Shown: positions 1 to 10,461 of the stretch, in pieces | Layout of the letters: every line of letters begins with the position of its first letter | Position numbering within the stretch: the first letter of the stretch is position 1 | Made by a program: the position numbers and the translations under genes | Notes under the pieces: model-generated | Seen by the model: the letters and a program-made list of their open reading frames with translations, nothing else | Database searches by the model: none | Told to the model about the DNA's origin: nothing | Assembly (NCBI GenBank): GCA_963558405.1 | Contig: CAUWGC010000010.1 | Coordinates: 9,690 to 73,689, forward strand | Source of the DNA: an uncultured Clostridia bacterium | GTDB lineage: Bacteria > Bacillota > Clostridia > TANB77 > CAG-508 | Reading direction: 5' to 3' | DNA length: 64,000 nt

Positions 1-855
1 CAGTTTTAATTTTGATTTTTATATTTATATATATAATAAAAATTATACCTAAAGACATAATAATACACATGGTTGATGTTGGACAAGGTGATTGTGTATT
101 GATTAAAACTAGAATGGGAAAAACTATTTTAATAGATGGAGGAGGTAGTGATGATATAAATTTTGATGTAGGAGAAAAAACATTACTTCCATATTTATTA
201 AATAAAGGTATTAATAAAATTGACTATATAATTATTTCTCATTTTGATTCAGATCATTGTAAAGGTGTAATGTATGTAATGAAAGAAATTAAAGTTAATA
301 ATGTAATTATAGGTAGTCAGTTTGAAGAATCTGATAATTATAAAGAATTTATAAATATTATAAAAAAGAAAAATATAAAAACATTTGTTGCAGAAAAAGG
401 ACAAAGTATAAATATAGAAAAAGATTTATACTTGGATATTTTATGGCCTGATAGTGGAAATATAATTAAAGAAAATGTATTAAATAATAATTCACTTGTA
501 TGTAAGCTAAAATATAAAAATTTTTCAATGTTATTTACAGGAGATATAGAAGAAAAAGCAGAAAAAATAATATTAGATAAATATGATTATAATTTAAAAA
601 TTCTAAAATCTACAATTTTAAAAGTAGCTCATCATCGGTTCTAAATCATCATCAGTAGATGAATTTTTAGAAGCGGTAAGTCCACAAATTGCTTTAATAG
701 GTGTAGGAGAAAAGAATACATTTGGTCATCCAAATAAAGATGTGTTAGATAGATTAGAAGAAAAACGTTGCAGAATATACAGAACAGACAAAAAAGGAGA
801 AATAACAATTATACTAAATAAAAATGGAGATATAAAAATAAAAACACAGTTATAA
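1..855 (+). CDS. comEC: ComEC/Rec2 C-terminal metallo-beta-lactamase domain (5'-truncated by window edge); needs +1 shift at CGG 636-638
   Basis: DVGQGD, SHFDSDH, NNNSLV and LFTGD motifs. Frame 0 ends KVAHH-R-F-stop (644). The +1 frame from 637 continues GSKSSSVDEFLEAVSPQIALIGVGEKNTFGHP...YRTDKKGEI to stop at 853-855, the canonical ComEC C-terminus. Confidence 0.92.
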
Positions 856-915
856 CAAAAAAATGTATAAATTTTCTATATTTTCAAATACTAATAGTAA
901 TTAAATTACAAGAGG

Positions 916-1548
916 GTGATAAGTTTGAAAAAAGGAGTTATTTTAGTTATTATTTTAGGAATTATTTTAGGTGTATCTGTTGCTATGGGTTATTATTTTT
1001 ATCAAATTAATAAAATATCACAATCCCCATCTTTGAAAGGAGAAAAAACATTAGCTTCTGATAAGGTGACTGATGAATGTACAGAGTTTAGTGAAGCATA
1101 TACTAAAGGATTAGTAGATACAGAAAGCTTAGATGCAAGTTATGAGGAAAAAATAATTACACCTAATACTATAATAAGAACAAAAGAAATTTATACAAAA
1201 TGTGGACATACTGTAGAAAACAAAATAGAAATAAGTGATAGTCTTGTAAATAAAACTAAGGAAGAATTTGCAAATGAATATATAGGTTGGGATGTTGATA
1301 CATTTAATAGTAAAGAAGTAATTATATCTAGAAAATTAGACAAGATGTGTCCAGAACATTATATTTTAAGAGAAGAAGAAGAAACAATAGTTATTTATAG
1401 AATAGATGAAAAAGGAGAAGAACATTATATAAGAAATACAGGTATTTCTACAAAATATTTACCAGAAACTGATAAATTGGCTCTTAAAAATGGAATTAAA
1501 GCAAATGGAAAAGAACAATTAAATAGCGTAATTGAGGATTATGAATAA
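916..1548 (+). CDS. Membrane-anchored BofC C-terminal-domain-like sporulation protein
   Basis: N-terminal TM helix, YTKCGH motif, and C-terminal HYILRE...LPETDKLALKNGI...IEDYE typical of clostridial BofC_C proteins. Confidence 0.65.
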   Translation: MISLKKGVILVIILGIILGVSVAMGYYFYQINKISQSPSLKGEKTLASDKVTDECTEFSEAYTKGLVDTESLDASYEEKIITPNTIIRTKEIYTKCGHTVENKIEISDSLVNKTKEEFANEYIGWDVDTFNSKEVIISRKLDKMCPEHYILREEEETIVIYRIDEKGEEHYIRNTGISTKYLPETDKLALKNGIKANGKEQLNSVIEDYE

Positions 1549-1577
1549 AAAAACACCAATTTTATGGTGTTTTTTTA
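1546..1577. terminator. Bidirectional intrinsic terminator
   Basis: AAAAAAACACCA...TGGTGTTTTTTT inverted repeat between convergent genes. Confidence 0.7.
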
Positions 1578-2158
1578 GTGTTTTGGTTTATTTGTTTTTT
1601 AGAAGTATTACTATTTATTAAATCTTCTTTACTAATAATTCCGTTTTTAAAAAGATTTTTAGAATACATAATTAATGAAAATATAGTTAATGTTAAAGCA
1701 ATATAATATAAATATTGATCAAATTCATATGGTATAGAAAAATATCTAATGGCTAAAGAACTTACAATAGCTAAATATAATATAACAGTTGTTAATTTAC
1801 CATACCATTTACTAGATACTACAAAATCTTTTCCATATACAAAACATGCTCCTGTAATCATTATAAATTCTTTTAATAATATTACAATTAAAATCCATAC
1901 AGGTATAACTTCTTGAATACAAAGTGTTGCTAATATGCAAATTTGTGTTGCTTTATCTGCAAACGGATCAATTAATTTACCAAAATCAGATATTAAGTTA
2001 AATTTTCTGGCAATAAATCCGTCCAAAACATCAGTTAGTCCCGAGATTGTAAGAAAAACAAAAGCCATTACATAATTGTGAACTATTAAATATTTTATAA
2101 TAATTGGTATTAATACAAATCTAGCAAGTGTTAATATATTTGGAACATGTTTTAACAT
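1562..2158 (-). CDS. pgsA: CDP-alcohol phosphatidyltransferase (PgsA family)
   Basis: PNILTLAR and DVLDGFIARKFNLISDFGKLIDPFADK signature. Confidence 0.85.
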   Translation of the reverse strand: MLKHVPNILTLARFVLIPIIIKYLIVHNYVMAFVFLTISGLTDVLDGFIARKFNLISDFGKLIDPFADKATQICILATLCIQEVIPVWILIVILLKEFIMITGACFVYGKDFVVSSKWYGKLTTVILYLAIVSSLAIRYFSIPYEFDQYLYYIALTLTIFSLIMYSKNLFKNGIISKEDLINSNTSKKQINQNTKKTP

Positions 2159-2176
2159 TTTTTATACTCCTTTTTA

Positions 2177-4516
2177 TTACTGTGATATTGTAAAATTTAA
2201 ATTATTTTCTTTTAAATCAATTAAAATTGTTTCACCGTTTTTTAATTCTTCACGTAAAAGCATTTCTGCAATTTCATCTTCTATATATCGTTGAATTGCA
2301 CGTCTTAATGGTCTAGCACCATATTTTAAATCAGTTCCTTTTTCTAACAAATATTGTTTTGCAGGAAGAGAAACGTGCATAGTTATATTTTTATCATCTA
2401 ATGCTTTTTTAGTATCATTTAACATTAAATCAACAATAGATAATAGTTGTTCTTTAGAAAGAGGATGAAAAGTAACAATTTCATCAATCCTATTTAAGAA
2501 TTCTGGACGAAAAACTTCTTTTAAACTATCTAAAATTTTATTGTTATCTATAGTAGATTTTCCAAAGCCAATAGAATTATTATTTAAATGTGAACCAGCA
2601 TTTGAAGTCATTATAATAATTGTGTTTTCAAAGTTTACTGTATTACCTTGGCTATCAGTTAATCTACCATCATCTAAAATTTGTAATAATATATTAAAAA
2701 CATCACTATGTGCTTTTTCTATTTCATCCAATAAAATAATTGAATAAGGTTTTCTTTTTACTTTTTCTGTTAATTGACCAGCATCATCATAGCCAACATA
2801 TCCTGGAGGAGAGCCTATTAGTTTAGATGTAGAATGACTTTCCATGTATTCAGACATATCAATACGAATAATAGAATCTTCATTCCCAAACATCTCGTAA
2901 GCTAAGCTTTTTGCAAGTTCAGTTTTTCCAACTCCTGTAGGTCCAACAAAAATAAATGATGGAGGTCTTTTGGTTGATTTAATCCCTGCACGATTTCTTC
3001 TAATTGCTCTTGCTACAGAAGAAACAGCTTCTTCTTGACCAATAATTCTTTTGTGAAGATTATTTTCAAGATTTAATAATTTTTGAGTTTCTGCTTCTGT
3101 AATCTTACTTACAGGTATTTTAGTCCAGCTTTCAATTACTTGTGCAATATCAGAAACTGTAAGCTCGGTTAATTTCATTGAACTATTTATTTGATTAATT
3201 TGCTCAATTAAAGCACACTCTTTTGCTTTTAATTCAGCAGCTCGTTTATAGTCTTCTTCAGAATCTGCTTCTACAACTTCTTCTTTTTCTTCTTGAACTT
3301 TAATTAATTGGTCTTTTAAAATTGCTAATGTATAAAGTTCTTTATTATCTAAATTTATTCTAGAGCAAGCTTCGTCTAATATATCTATTGCTTTATCTGG
3401 CAAAAATCTATCATGAATATATTTTTCGGACATAATTACTGTTTGCTTTATAACATCAGTAGAAATTTTTACTTTATGAAATTCTTCATAATATTTTTTT
3501 ATTCCATCTAATATAGAAATTGAATCTTGAATATTAGGTTCTTCTACAAGAACAGGTTGAAATCTTCTTTCTAATGCAGAATCTTTTTCAATATATTTAC
3601 GATATTCTTTTAAAGTTGTAGTACCAATTAATTGAATTTCTCCATTTGAAAGAGATGGTTTTAATATATCTGCTGCATTCATAGAGTGTTCACTATCGCC
3701 TGCACCAATAATATTATGAATTTCATCAATTACAAGAATTATATTTTTGTATGATTTACATTCATCTATAATTCCTTTCATTCTGCTTTCAAATTGACCT
3801 CTAAATTGAGTTCCAGCAAGAACTGAAGTCATATCTAATAAATATACTTCTTTATTTAATAATTTTGCAGGAACATTGTTAGAAGCAATTTTAATAGCAA
3901 GACCCTGAGCAATAGCTGTTTTACCAACTCCAGGTTCACCAATTAAGCAAGGATTATTTTTAGATCTTCTATTTAAAATTTGTGTAATTCTTTGTATTTC
4001 TTTATCTCTTCCAATTACCATATCAAGTTCATTGTTTTTGGCTTTTAAGGTTAAGTTAGTTCCATAAGTATCTAGAAATTTTTTTCTTTTATCTTTTGGT
4101 TTTTTATCAACCTTAACTCGTTTCTTTTCTCCAGACTTAAAAGCTTCAGAAGAATTTGAAGAATCTTCCGAATTTTGACCAAACATATTAGAAAAAATAG
4201 AACCTAGAGGAATTGCTACTCCTTTAACAGATTCTGGATTATTATCATTATCTTCTAATGAGTTTAAATCTATATCATCAGGCATATTTTCGGCTAAATT
4301 TTGAGAGATATCTTGAAAAATAGTACCAAATTGTTTAGTCATATTTTCTATATCGCTTTCGGATAGATTTATTTGTTTAGCTAAAGAATCCATAGGATTA
4401 ATGCCTCTTTTTTTTGCACAATCATAACAAAGTCCTTCTAAAGCATTTGGATTATCTTTAGTAGGTTTGTTTAAAAAAATTACTGCTGTATTTTTTTTAC
4501 AGTCTGCACATAACAT
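2177..4516 (-). CDS. ATP-dependent Clp protease ATPase, ClpC/ClpE type with N-terminal zinc finger
   Basis: Two AAA+ modules (GEPGVGKT, GPTGVGKT), a coiled-coil linker, and N-terminal CxxC...CxxC instead of Clp-N repeats. Confidence 0.92.
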   Translation of the reverse strand: MLCADCKKNTAVIFLNKPTKDNPNALEGLCYDCAKKRGINPMDSLAKQINLSESDIENMTKQFGTIFQDISQNLAENMPDDIDLNSLEDNDNNPESVKGVAIPLGSIFSNMFGQNSEDSSNSSEAFKSGEKKRVKVDKKPKDKRKKFLDTYGTNLTLKAKNNELDMVIGRDKEIQRITQILNRRSKNNPCLIGEPGVGKTAIAQGLAIKIASNNVPAKLLNKEVYLLDMTSVLAGTQFRGQFESRMKGIIDECKSYKNIILVIDEIHNIIGAGDSEHSMNAADILKPSLSNGEIQLIGTTTLKEYRKYIEKDSALERRFQPVLVEEPNIQDSISILDGIKKYYEEFHKVKISTDVIKQTVIMSEKYIHDRFLPDKAIDILDEACSRINLDNKELYTLAILKDQLIKVQEEKEEVVEADSEEDYKRAAELKAKECALIEQINQINSSMKLTELTVSDIAQVIESWTKIPVSKITEAETQKLLNLENNLHKRIIGQEEAVSSVARAIRRNRAGIKSTKRPPSFIFVGPTGVGKTELAKSLAYEMFGNEDSIIRIDMSEYMESHSTSKLIGSPPGYVGYDDAGQLTEKVKRKPYSIILLDEIEKAHSDVFNILLQILDDGRLTDSQGNTVNFENTIIIMTSNAGSHLNNNSIGFGKSTIDNNKILDSLKEVFRPEFLNRIDEIVTFHPLSKEQLLSIVDLMLNDTKKALDDKNITMHVSLPAKQYLLEKGTDLKYGARPLRRAIQRYIEDEIAEMLLREELKNGETILIDLKENNLNFTISQ

Positions 4517-4729
4517 AAATTTTTAAGCTCCTTCTTTATTTTTAATAGTAATATCATACATGAAAAAAAAGAAATAGTCAATAAAAGACACCAAAAAAAC
4601 ACAATACTAAGAAGGGATTTAAGGATTTCTTAATAAGTTGTAACTAAAAGAAAATGTATAAATATGTATTGTATTATAAAAATTGAAATGATATAATAAA
4701 AAATAAGAAGCCAAAGAAGGAGAGAGTAT

Positions 4730-5564
4730 ATGAGTAAAAGAAAAATATTATTCATTATTGTAGGTGGTGCTTGTTTTTTAGCAATTTTAGCAATTATATT
4801 AAGTTTTGTATTTAAAGAACCAGAGGAAAATCCTTTTGCTAATTTAACAGGTGATGGTGGAAATAATGGTGAAATAGATGATATCGAATTATTAAAAGAA
4901 GAGTTTGATGGTTTATTTAAAAATACATTAATAAATGGAGAGTATGATACATCTAATATTGAAAAAGTAGCTATGGAAAAAGAATTAGTTTATACTGCTT
5001 ACACAATAAAGGAACAAAAGGAAGGTAAATATGATATAAACTTAAATATACCAGTGTTAAATGTGTCTAATCCAGTAGGAGATCAAATTAACCAAACAAC
5101 ACAAAAAGTATTTGCTGATAAGGCAAATGAAATTATATTAGGAGCTACAGAATATACAGTATATACAATTGATTATCAGGGATTTATTAATAATGATATT
5201 TTATCATTGGTTATTAGAGCTACCTTAAAAGAAGGCAATAATCCACAAAGATATATAGTACAAACATATAATTATAATTTTGTTACAAAGCAAATGGTAA
5301 CTTTTGATGAGGCACTTCAAATTAGAGGAATTAATTTAGAAGATGCTCGGAAGCAAAATACGTAATCAAATAAGACAAGCCAATAAACAAGCAGAGGCTT
5401 TAAAACAATTAGGATATGAAGTATATATAAGAGATCCAGAAAGTAGTATGTATAATATTGAAAACAGTGATAACTTTATATTTGGAGAAGGTAAAAGACT
5501 ATATTTAATATATGCATATGGAAATACAAATTATACAACAGAATATGATGTTATGATATTTTAA
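4730..5564 (+). CDS. Membrane-anchored RsiV/PdaC-like (DUF3298/DUF4163-like) protein; needs +1 shift at CGG 5348-5350
   Basis: N-terminal TM, INLNIPVLN, NNDILSLVI and TYNYN motifs. ORFs 4730-5365 and 5343-5564 join at GCT-C-GGA into one 277-aa protein ending NFIFGEGKRLYLIYAYGN. Confidence 0.7.
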
Positions 5565-5568
5565 AACA

Positions 5569-5602
5569 AAAAAGAACGTCTTTTTATTAAGACGTTCTTT
5601 TT
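5569..5602. terminator. Bidirectional intrinsic terminator
   Basis: AAAAAGAACGTC...GACGTTCTTTTT inverted repeat. Confidence 0.8.
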
Positions 5603-5675
5603 AAAAGAAAATAAAAGGGGATGTTTTACAATTTAATCAGTAACCGGAGTAACTTTTTATATGTTACTGACTATG
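5569..5675 (-). ncRNA. Candidate small RNA downstream of htrA
   Basis: Promoter-like element upstream, 5' hairpin (TCAGTAAC/GTTACTGA), central CAUCCCCUUUU anti-SD-like tract and a terminator. Confidence 0.35.
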
Positions 5676-5748
5676 TTTATAATATACTAATAAATTATGT
5701 CCAAATTGTGAAAGAAAAGTGATTATAGAGAAAATAAATTCTTAAGAT

Positions 5749-7041
5749 TTATGGTTGTTCACCAAGTTTTAAAGTTATTTCTTTTTCTTTTCCATCACGA
5801 ACTACTTTTAAAGTAAGTTCATCACCAATTTTATGTGAATTTTTAATTTCATTTAACTCATTCATAGTTTTTACCTTTTTACCATCAGCTTCGATTATAA
5901 CATCGCCGTTTCTAATATCTGCTTTCTGAGCTGCTGAAAAATCTTCTACAGATTTTACATATATTCCAACTGTTAAATTATTAGCTTTTGCAAGTTCTTC
6001 GGTAAGGTCAATACCTGCAATACCAATATAAGGTCTTTTAACTTTTTGATGTTCAATTAATTGTGAATAAATATCTTTTGTAGAGTTAATTGGAATAGCA
6101 AAACCAACTCCTTCTACACCAGTTCCAGATAGTTTCATTGTATTAACACCAATTACTTGACCTTTACTATTTACTAAAGCTCCACCGCTATTACCAGAAT
6201 TAATTGCTGCATCAGTTTGGATTAAAGTAAAAGTTTTTCCGTCTTCATCTGTTATTTGACGATCAACTGCACTTACAATACCTGCAGAAACGCTACTTTG
6301 CATACCTAAAGGATTACCAACAGCCATACAAAATTCTCCAACTTGAACTCCATCAGAATCCCCAAGTTCGGCAGGAGTTAATCCTGTTTTGTCAATTTTA
6401 ATTACAGCTAAATCTGTTTGTTCATCAGTTCCAATTATTTTAGCTTCATAAGTTTGTTCATCACCATATAGAGTAACTGTTAATTTACTTGCTTTACTAA
6501 TTTCATAAAAAGAAGATGAAGAAGTAGAATTAACAACATGATTATTTGTTAAAATATATCCATCTTCTGTAATAATAATTCCAGAACCTTCAGCAGAAAC
6601 CATTTGAGGTGCACCAAAAAGACTTGTTGCAGCATATTCTACTTTTATTCCAACAATAGAAGGTCTTACCTTATTTGCAACAGAAATACCTGTATCAGAA
6701 TAATTAGATAATGATACTAAATTAGTATTCATGTTAGGTGTAGTGTTAGTTTGGTTATTAATATTAGAAACATTATTAGATGAACCTAATAATTGTTCGC
6801 GAATAGAGGGAACTCCAAAACAGGTACCTATTACAACAGCTGTTCCTAATACACCTGCAAAAAATGGTAAAATTACACTTTTACCAAATGAACTGTTTTT
6901 TGGTTCTTTCATTTTTACCGCATGATATGATGTTTTATTAGTCGAATTAAAGTTAGAATTAGAACTGTTAGGACTATTAAAAACTGTTCCACCAGTTGTT
7001 TCTATTGGTTCTGTTTGATTTTTGTTTTCGTTATTTTCCAT
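5749..7041 (-). CDS. htrA: HtrA/DegP-family serine protease with PDZ domain
   Basis: TNNHV, DLAVIK and QTDAAINSGNSGGAL catalytic motifs, TM anchor and C-terminal PDZ. The ATG at 7041 follows a GGAGGT RBS. Confidence 0.95.
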   Translation of the reverse strand: MENNENKNQTEPIETTGGTVFNSPNSSNSNFNSTNKTSYHAVKMKEPKNSSFGKSVILPFFAGVLGTAVVIGTCFGVPSIREQLLGSSNNVSNINNQTNTTPNMNTNLVSLSNYSDTGISVANKVRPSIVGIKVEYAATSLFGAPQMVSAEGSGIIITEDGYILTNNHVVNSTSSSSFYEISKASKLTVTLYGDEQTYEAKIIGTDEQTDLAVIKIDKTGLTPAELGDSDGVQVGEFCMAVGNPLGMQSSVSAGIVSAVDRQITDEDGKTFTLIQTDAAINSGNSGGALVNSKGQVIGVNTMKLSGTGVEGVGFAIPINSTKDIYSQLIEHQKVKRPYIGIAGIDLTEELAKANNLTVGIYVKSVEDFSAAQKADIRNGDVIIEADGKKVKTMNELNEIKNSHKIGDELTLKVVRDGKEKEITLKLGEQP

Positions 7042-7091
7042 AAATACCTCCAAAATTTTACATTTAATATATAATATCCTAATTTAGATAT

Positions 7092-7123
7092 ATAATACAA
7101 TATATTTGTGAAAAAAATGTGAA
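7092..7123 (-). promoter_or_regulatory. Direct repeat TTCACA-N5-TTCACA plus -10 TATTAT; likely OmpR-family (CssR-like) activated htrA promoter
   Basis: Perfect hexamer repeat at 11-bp spacing, 9 bp upstream of the -10. Confidence 0.55.
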
Positions 7124-7226
7124 CATTTATAGAAAAAATGGTTATACCTTACATTTTTATTTTTAAATCTTGCACAATAAAATATAGTTTGTTATACTAA
7201 AGAAAAAATTATAAAGGACAAGAAAA

Positions 7227-7853
7227 ATGAAAGAAAAAGAATTAGAAAGATTAACTAAATTAAAGCAAATAGAAAATGAATTACATGAAAAAGGTATAAA
7301 ATTAATTTGTGGTATTGATGAAGCGGGAAGAGGGCCTTTAGCAGGACCTGTAGTTGTTGCTTCTTGTGTTATGCCGACTGATTCTATGATAGAAGGGGTA
7401 AATGATTCTAAAAAAGTATCTGAAAAGAAAAGAGAATTACTTTATGAAGAAATAACAAGTACAGCAATTTCTTATGGTGTTGGAATTGTTTATCAAGACG
7501 AAATTGATAAAATTAATATTTTAAATGCAACAAAAAAAGCTCTTACTTTGAGTTTACAAGAACTAAGTACAAAACCAGAGTTAATTATTGTAGATGCATT
7601 AAATAATATTGATACATTAGGAATACCATATAAATCATATATAAAGGGTGATGCAAATTGTTATTCTATTTCTGCAGCTTCAATTATTGCAAAAGTTACA
7701 AGGGATAGAATTATGAGGCAGTGGGATGAAATTTATCCTATGTATGGTTTTGGAAAACACAAAGGCTATGGTACAGCAAGTCATATTCAAGCTATAAAAG
7801 AGCATGGACTTTGTCCATTACACAGAAGAAGTTTTGTTAAAAATATTAAATAA
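7227..7853 (+). CDS. rnhB: Ribonuclease HII
   Basis: GIDEAGRGPLAGPVV, DSKK, AASIIAKVTRD, HRRSF. Confidence 0.96.
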   Translation: MKEKELERLTKLKQIENELHEKGIKLICGIDEAGRGPLAGPVVVASCVMPTDSMIEGVNDSKKVSEKKRELLYEEITSTAISYGVGIVYQDEIDKINILNATKKALTLSLQELSTKPELIIVDALNNIDTLGIPYKSYIKGDANCYSISAASIIAKVTRDRIMRQWDEIYPMYGFGKHKGYGTASHIQAIKEHGLCPLHRRSFVKNIK

Positions 7854-7865
7854 GGATGGATGTAA

Positions 7866-9167
7866 ATGAATATTTTAGATATTATTGCTAAAAAGAGAGA
7901 TAAAAAAGAGCTTTCTAAAGAGGAAATAAAATATTTTGTAGATAAATATACAAATGGAGAAGTAACTGATTATCAAGCTTCTGCATTAGTTATGGCAATA
8001 TATATTAATGGAATGAATGAAATAGAAACAACTAATTTAACATTAGCAATGGCAGAATCTGGTGAAACATTAGACTTATCAGAGTTTGGAATTGTTGTAG
8101 ATAAACATAGTACAGGTGGAGTGGGGGATAAAGTGACATTAGTACTTATTCCAATAATTGCTTCTTTAGGAATACCAGTAGCAAAAATGTCTGGTAGAGG
8201 ACTTGGTTTTACTGGAGGTACAATAGATAAGTTAGAAGCTATACCAGGATATAATACAAATATTTCTATTTCTGAATTTAAGAAAAATGTAAAAGAAATT
8301 GGGGTTAGTTTAATGGGACAAACATTGAATTTAGCTCCTGCAGATAAAAAATTATATGCTTTAAGAGATACCATTTCTTGTACTGATAGTATTCCTCTTA
8401 TTGCATCTAGTATTATGAGTAAAAAAATTGCGGCAGGTGCAAATAAAATTGTACTAGATGTAACATGCGGAAGTGGGGCATTTATGAAAAATAAAGAAGA
8501 AGCAGAAGGACTTTCAATTGTTATGAATAAAATTGGTAAAATTGTAAATAAAGAAACAGTTTGTATTATTACAAATATGGAAGAACCTTTAGGATATGCA
8601 GTAGGAAATACATTAGAGGTAATAGAAGCGGTAAATGCTTTAAAAGGTATAATGCCAGATGATTTAAAAGAGGTAGTATATACTTTGGGTGCGTGGATGA
8701 TAAAACTTTCTGGTAAAGGAAATGATATAGAAAAAAATAAGAAAAAAATAGATGAACAGATACAAAATGGTATGGCATATAATAAATTTTTAGAATTAGT
8801 AAAAAATCAAGGTGGAGATATTTCTTTTATAGAAAATACAGATAAATTAGAAAATGCAAAATATGTAGTTTCAGTAGAAGCTGATAAAAGTGGTATTGTT
8901 CAAAGTGTTTCGGCAGAAGAGATAGGAATTTTATCAAGAGATTTAGGAGCAGGAAGAATAAGAAAAGAAGATAAGATAGATTTAACTGCTGGTATTGTTT
9001 TAAATAAAAAAGTAGGGGATTATGTGGATAAAGGAGAATGTTTAGCTAAAATATATACAAATAAAAAAGAAATTTTAGAAACAGCAAAAGAAAGATTACA
9101 AAATATTTATAAAATAGAAGATAAAAAAATTAATAAGCTAAACACAATAATAGGTATTAAATATTAA
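7866..9167 (+). CDS. pdp: Pyrimidine-nucleoside/thymidine phosphorylase
   Basis: DKHSTGGVGDK, KMSGRGLGFTGGTIDKLE, SSIMSKKIA. Confidence 0.95.
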   Translation: MNILDIIAKKRDKKELSKEEIKYFVDKYTNGEVTDYQASALVMAIYINGMNEIETTNLTLAMAESGETLDLSEFGIVVDKHSTGGVGDKVTLVLIPIIASLGIPVAKMSGRGLGFTGGTIDKLEAIPGYNTNISISEFKKNVKEIGVSLMGQTLNLAPADKKLYALRDTISCTDSIPLIASSIMSKKIAAGANKIVLDVTCGSGAFMKNKEEAEGLSIVMNKIGKIVNKETVCIITNMEEPLGYAVGNTLEVIEAVNALKGIMPDDLKEVVYTLGAWMIKLSGKGNDIEKNKKKIDEQIQNGMAYNKFLELVKNQGGDISFIENTDKLENAKYVVSVEADKSGIVQSVSAEEIGILSRDLGAGRIRKEDKIDLTAGIVLNKKVGDYVDKGECLAKIYTNKKEILETAKERLQNIYKIEDKKINKLNTIIGIKY

Positions 9168-9200
9168 AAACAACCTAAGGTGAGTTCTTAGGTTGTTTTT
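9166..9200. terminator. Bidirectional terminator between pdp and tyrS
   Basis: AAAAACAACCTAAG...CTTAGGTTGTTTTT. Confidence 0.8.
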
Positions 9201-9234
9201 AATTGTGCATAATTTATAAAAATACAAAGAAGGG

Positions 9235-10449
9235 CTATTTTATAAGTTTGTGATAGGTTTTCTTTCCTTTTTTTAGGATAGCAAATCCATCACTAAAATC
9301 TTTTTCAGATAACATATATGTAATGTCATCTATTTTATTATCATTTAATGAGATACCACCTTGATTAATAAGAATTTTTGCTTGACCTTTTGAAGGAGCA
9401 ATACCTGTTTTTACAATGGCATCTATTAAAGAAATATCTATATTTTCTAGTTTGGTTGTTGGCATATTTTCTGATGCACCATTACCACTAAATAAGTTAT
9501 TTGCAGCATCTTCTGCTTGCTTTGCAGCTTCTTCACCATGAATTAATTTGGTAATTTCGTAAGCTGCTACTTTTTTTGCATTGTTAATTTCTTCGCCTTC
9601 TACATTACAAAGTTCATTTATTTTTTCTAAAGGTAAGAAAGTAAGTAGACAAAGTACCTTTTTAACATCTTCATCAGCAACATTTCTCCAATATTGGTAA
9701 AATTCATAAGGAGAAGTTTTGGTAGAATCTAGCCATAAAGCACCTTTTTCTGTTTTTCCCATTTTCTTTCCTTCTTTTGTTGTAAGAAGTTTAAATGTAA
9801 GACCATAAGAATCACTATGTCCTATTCTACGGATTAATTCAACACCACCAATTATATTAGACCATTGGTCGTTTCCACCCATTTGTAATTTACAACCATA
9901 TTTATCATGTAAATGTAAAAAGTCGTAAGATTGCATTAACATATAGCCTAATTCAAAGAATGTAAGTCCTTTTTCCATTCTTTGTTTGTAACATTCTGCT
10001 GTAAGCATTTTATTAACTGAAAATAAAGTTCCTATATCACGCATAAAGTCAATAAAATTTAAATTTAATAACCAATCTGCATTATTTACAATTATAGCAG
10101 CATTTGGTCCGTCAAAGTTTAAAAATTTTGACATTTGAACTTTAAAACATTCTACATTGTGATTAATTTCTTCACGAGACATCATTCTTCTCATGTCTGA
10201 TTTTCCAGATGGATCTCCTATTGTTGCAGTTCCACCACCAATTAATATAATTGGTTTATGTCCTGCTTTTTGCATAATAGAAGCTACCATTAATGAAACA
10301 AAGTGACCTACATGAAGACTATCTGCAGTAGGGTCAAATCCAATGTAAAATGGAACACTTTCTTTTTTAAATAATTCTCTAATTTCGTCAGGATGCGTCA
10401 TTTGTTCAACGAATCCTCTTTCCTCTAAAATTTTAAAAACATCTGTCAT
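9235..10449 (-). CDS. tyrS: Tyrosine--tRNA ligase
   Basis: YIGFDPTADSLHVGH, QMGGNDQWSNI, KMGKT and C-terminal S4 domain. Confidence 0.97.
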   Translation of the reverse strand: MTDVFKILEERGFVEQMTHPDEIRELFKKESVPFYIGFDPTADSLHVGHFVSLMVASIMQKAGHKPIILIGGGTATIGDPSGKSDMRRMMSREEINHNVECFKVQMSKFLNFDGPNAAIIVNNADWLLNLNFIDFMRDIGTLFSVNKMLTAECYKQRMEKGLTFFELGYMLMQSYDFLHLHDKYGCKLQMGGNDQWSNIIGGVELIRRIGHSDSYGLTFKLLTTKEGKKMGKTEKGALWLDSTKTSPYEFYQYWRNVADEDVKKVLCLLTFLPLEKINELCNVEGEEINNAKKVAAYEITKLIHGEEAAKQAEDAANNLFSGNGASENMPTTKLENIDISLIDAIVKTGIAPSKGQAKILINQGGISLNDNKIDDITYMLSEKDFSDGFAILKKGKKTYHKLIK

Positions 10450-10461
10450 TTTGAAATCCTC

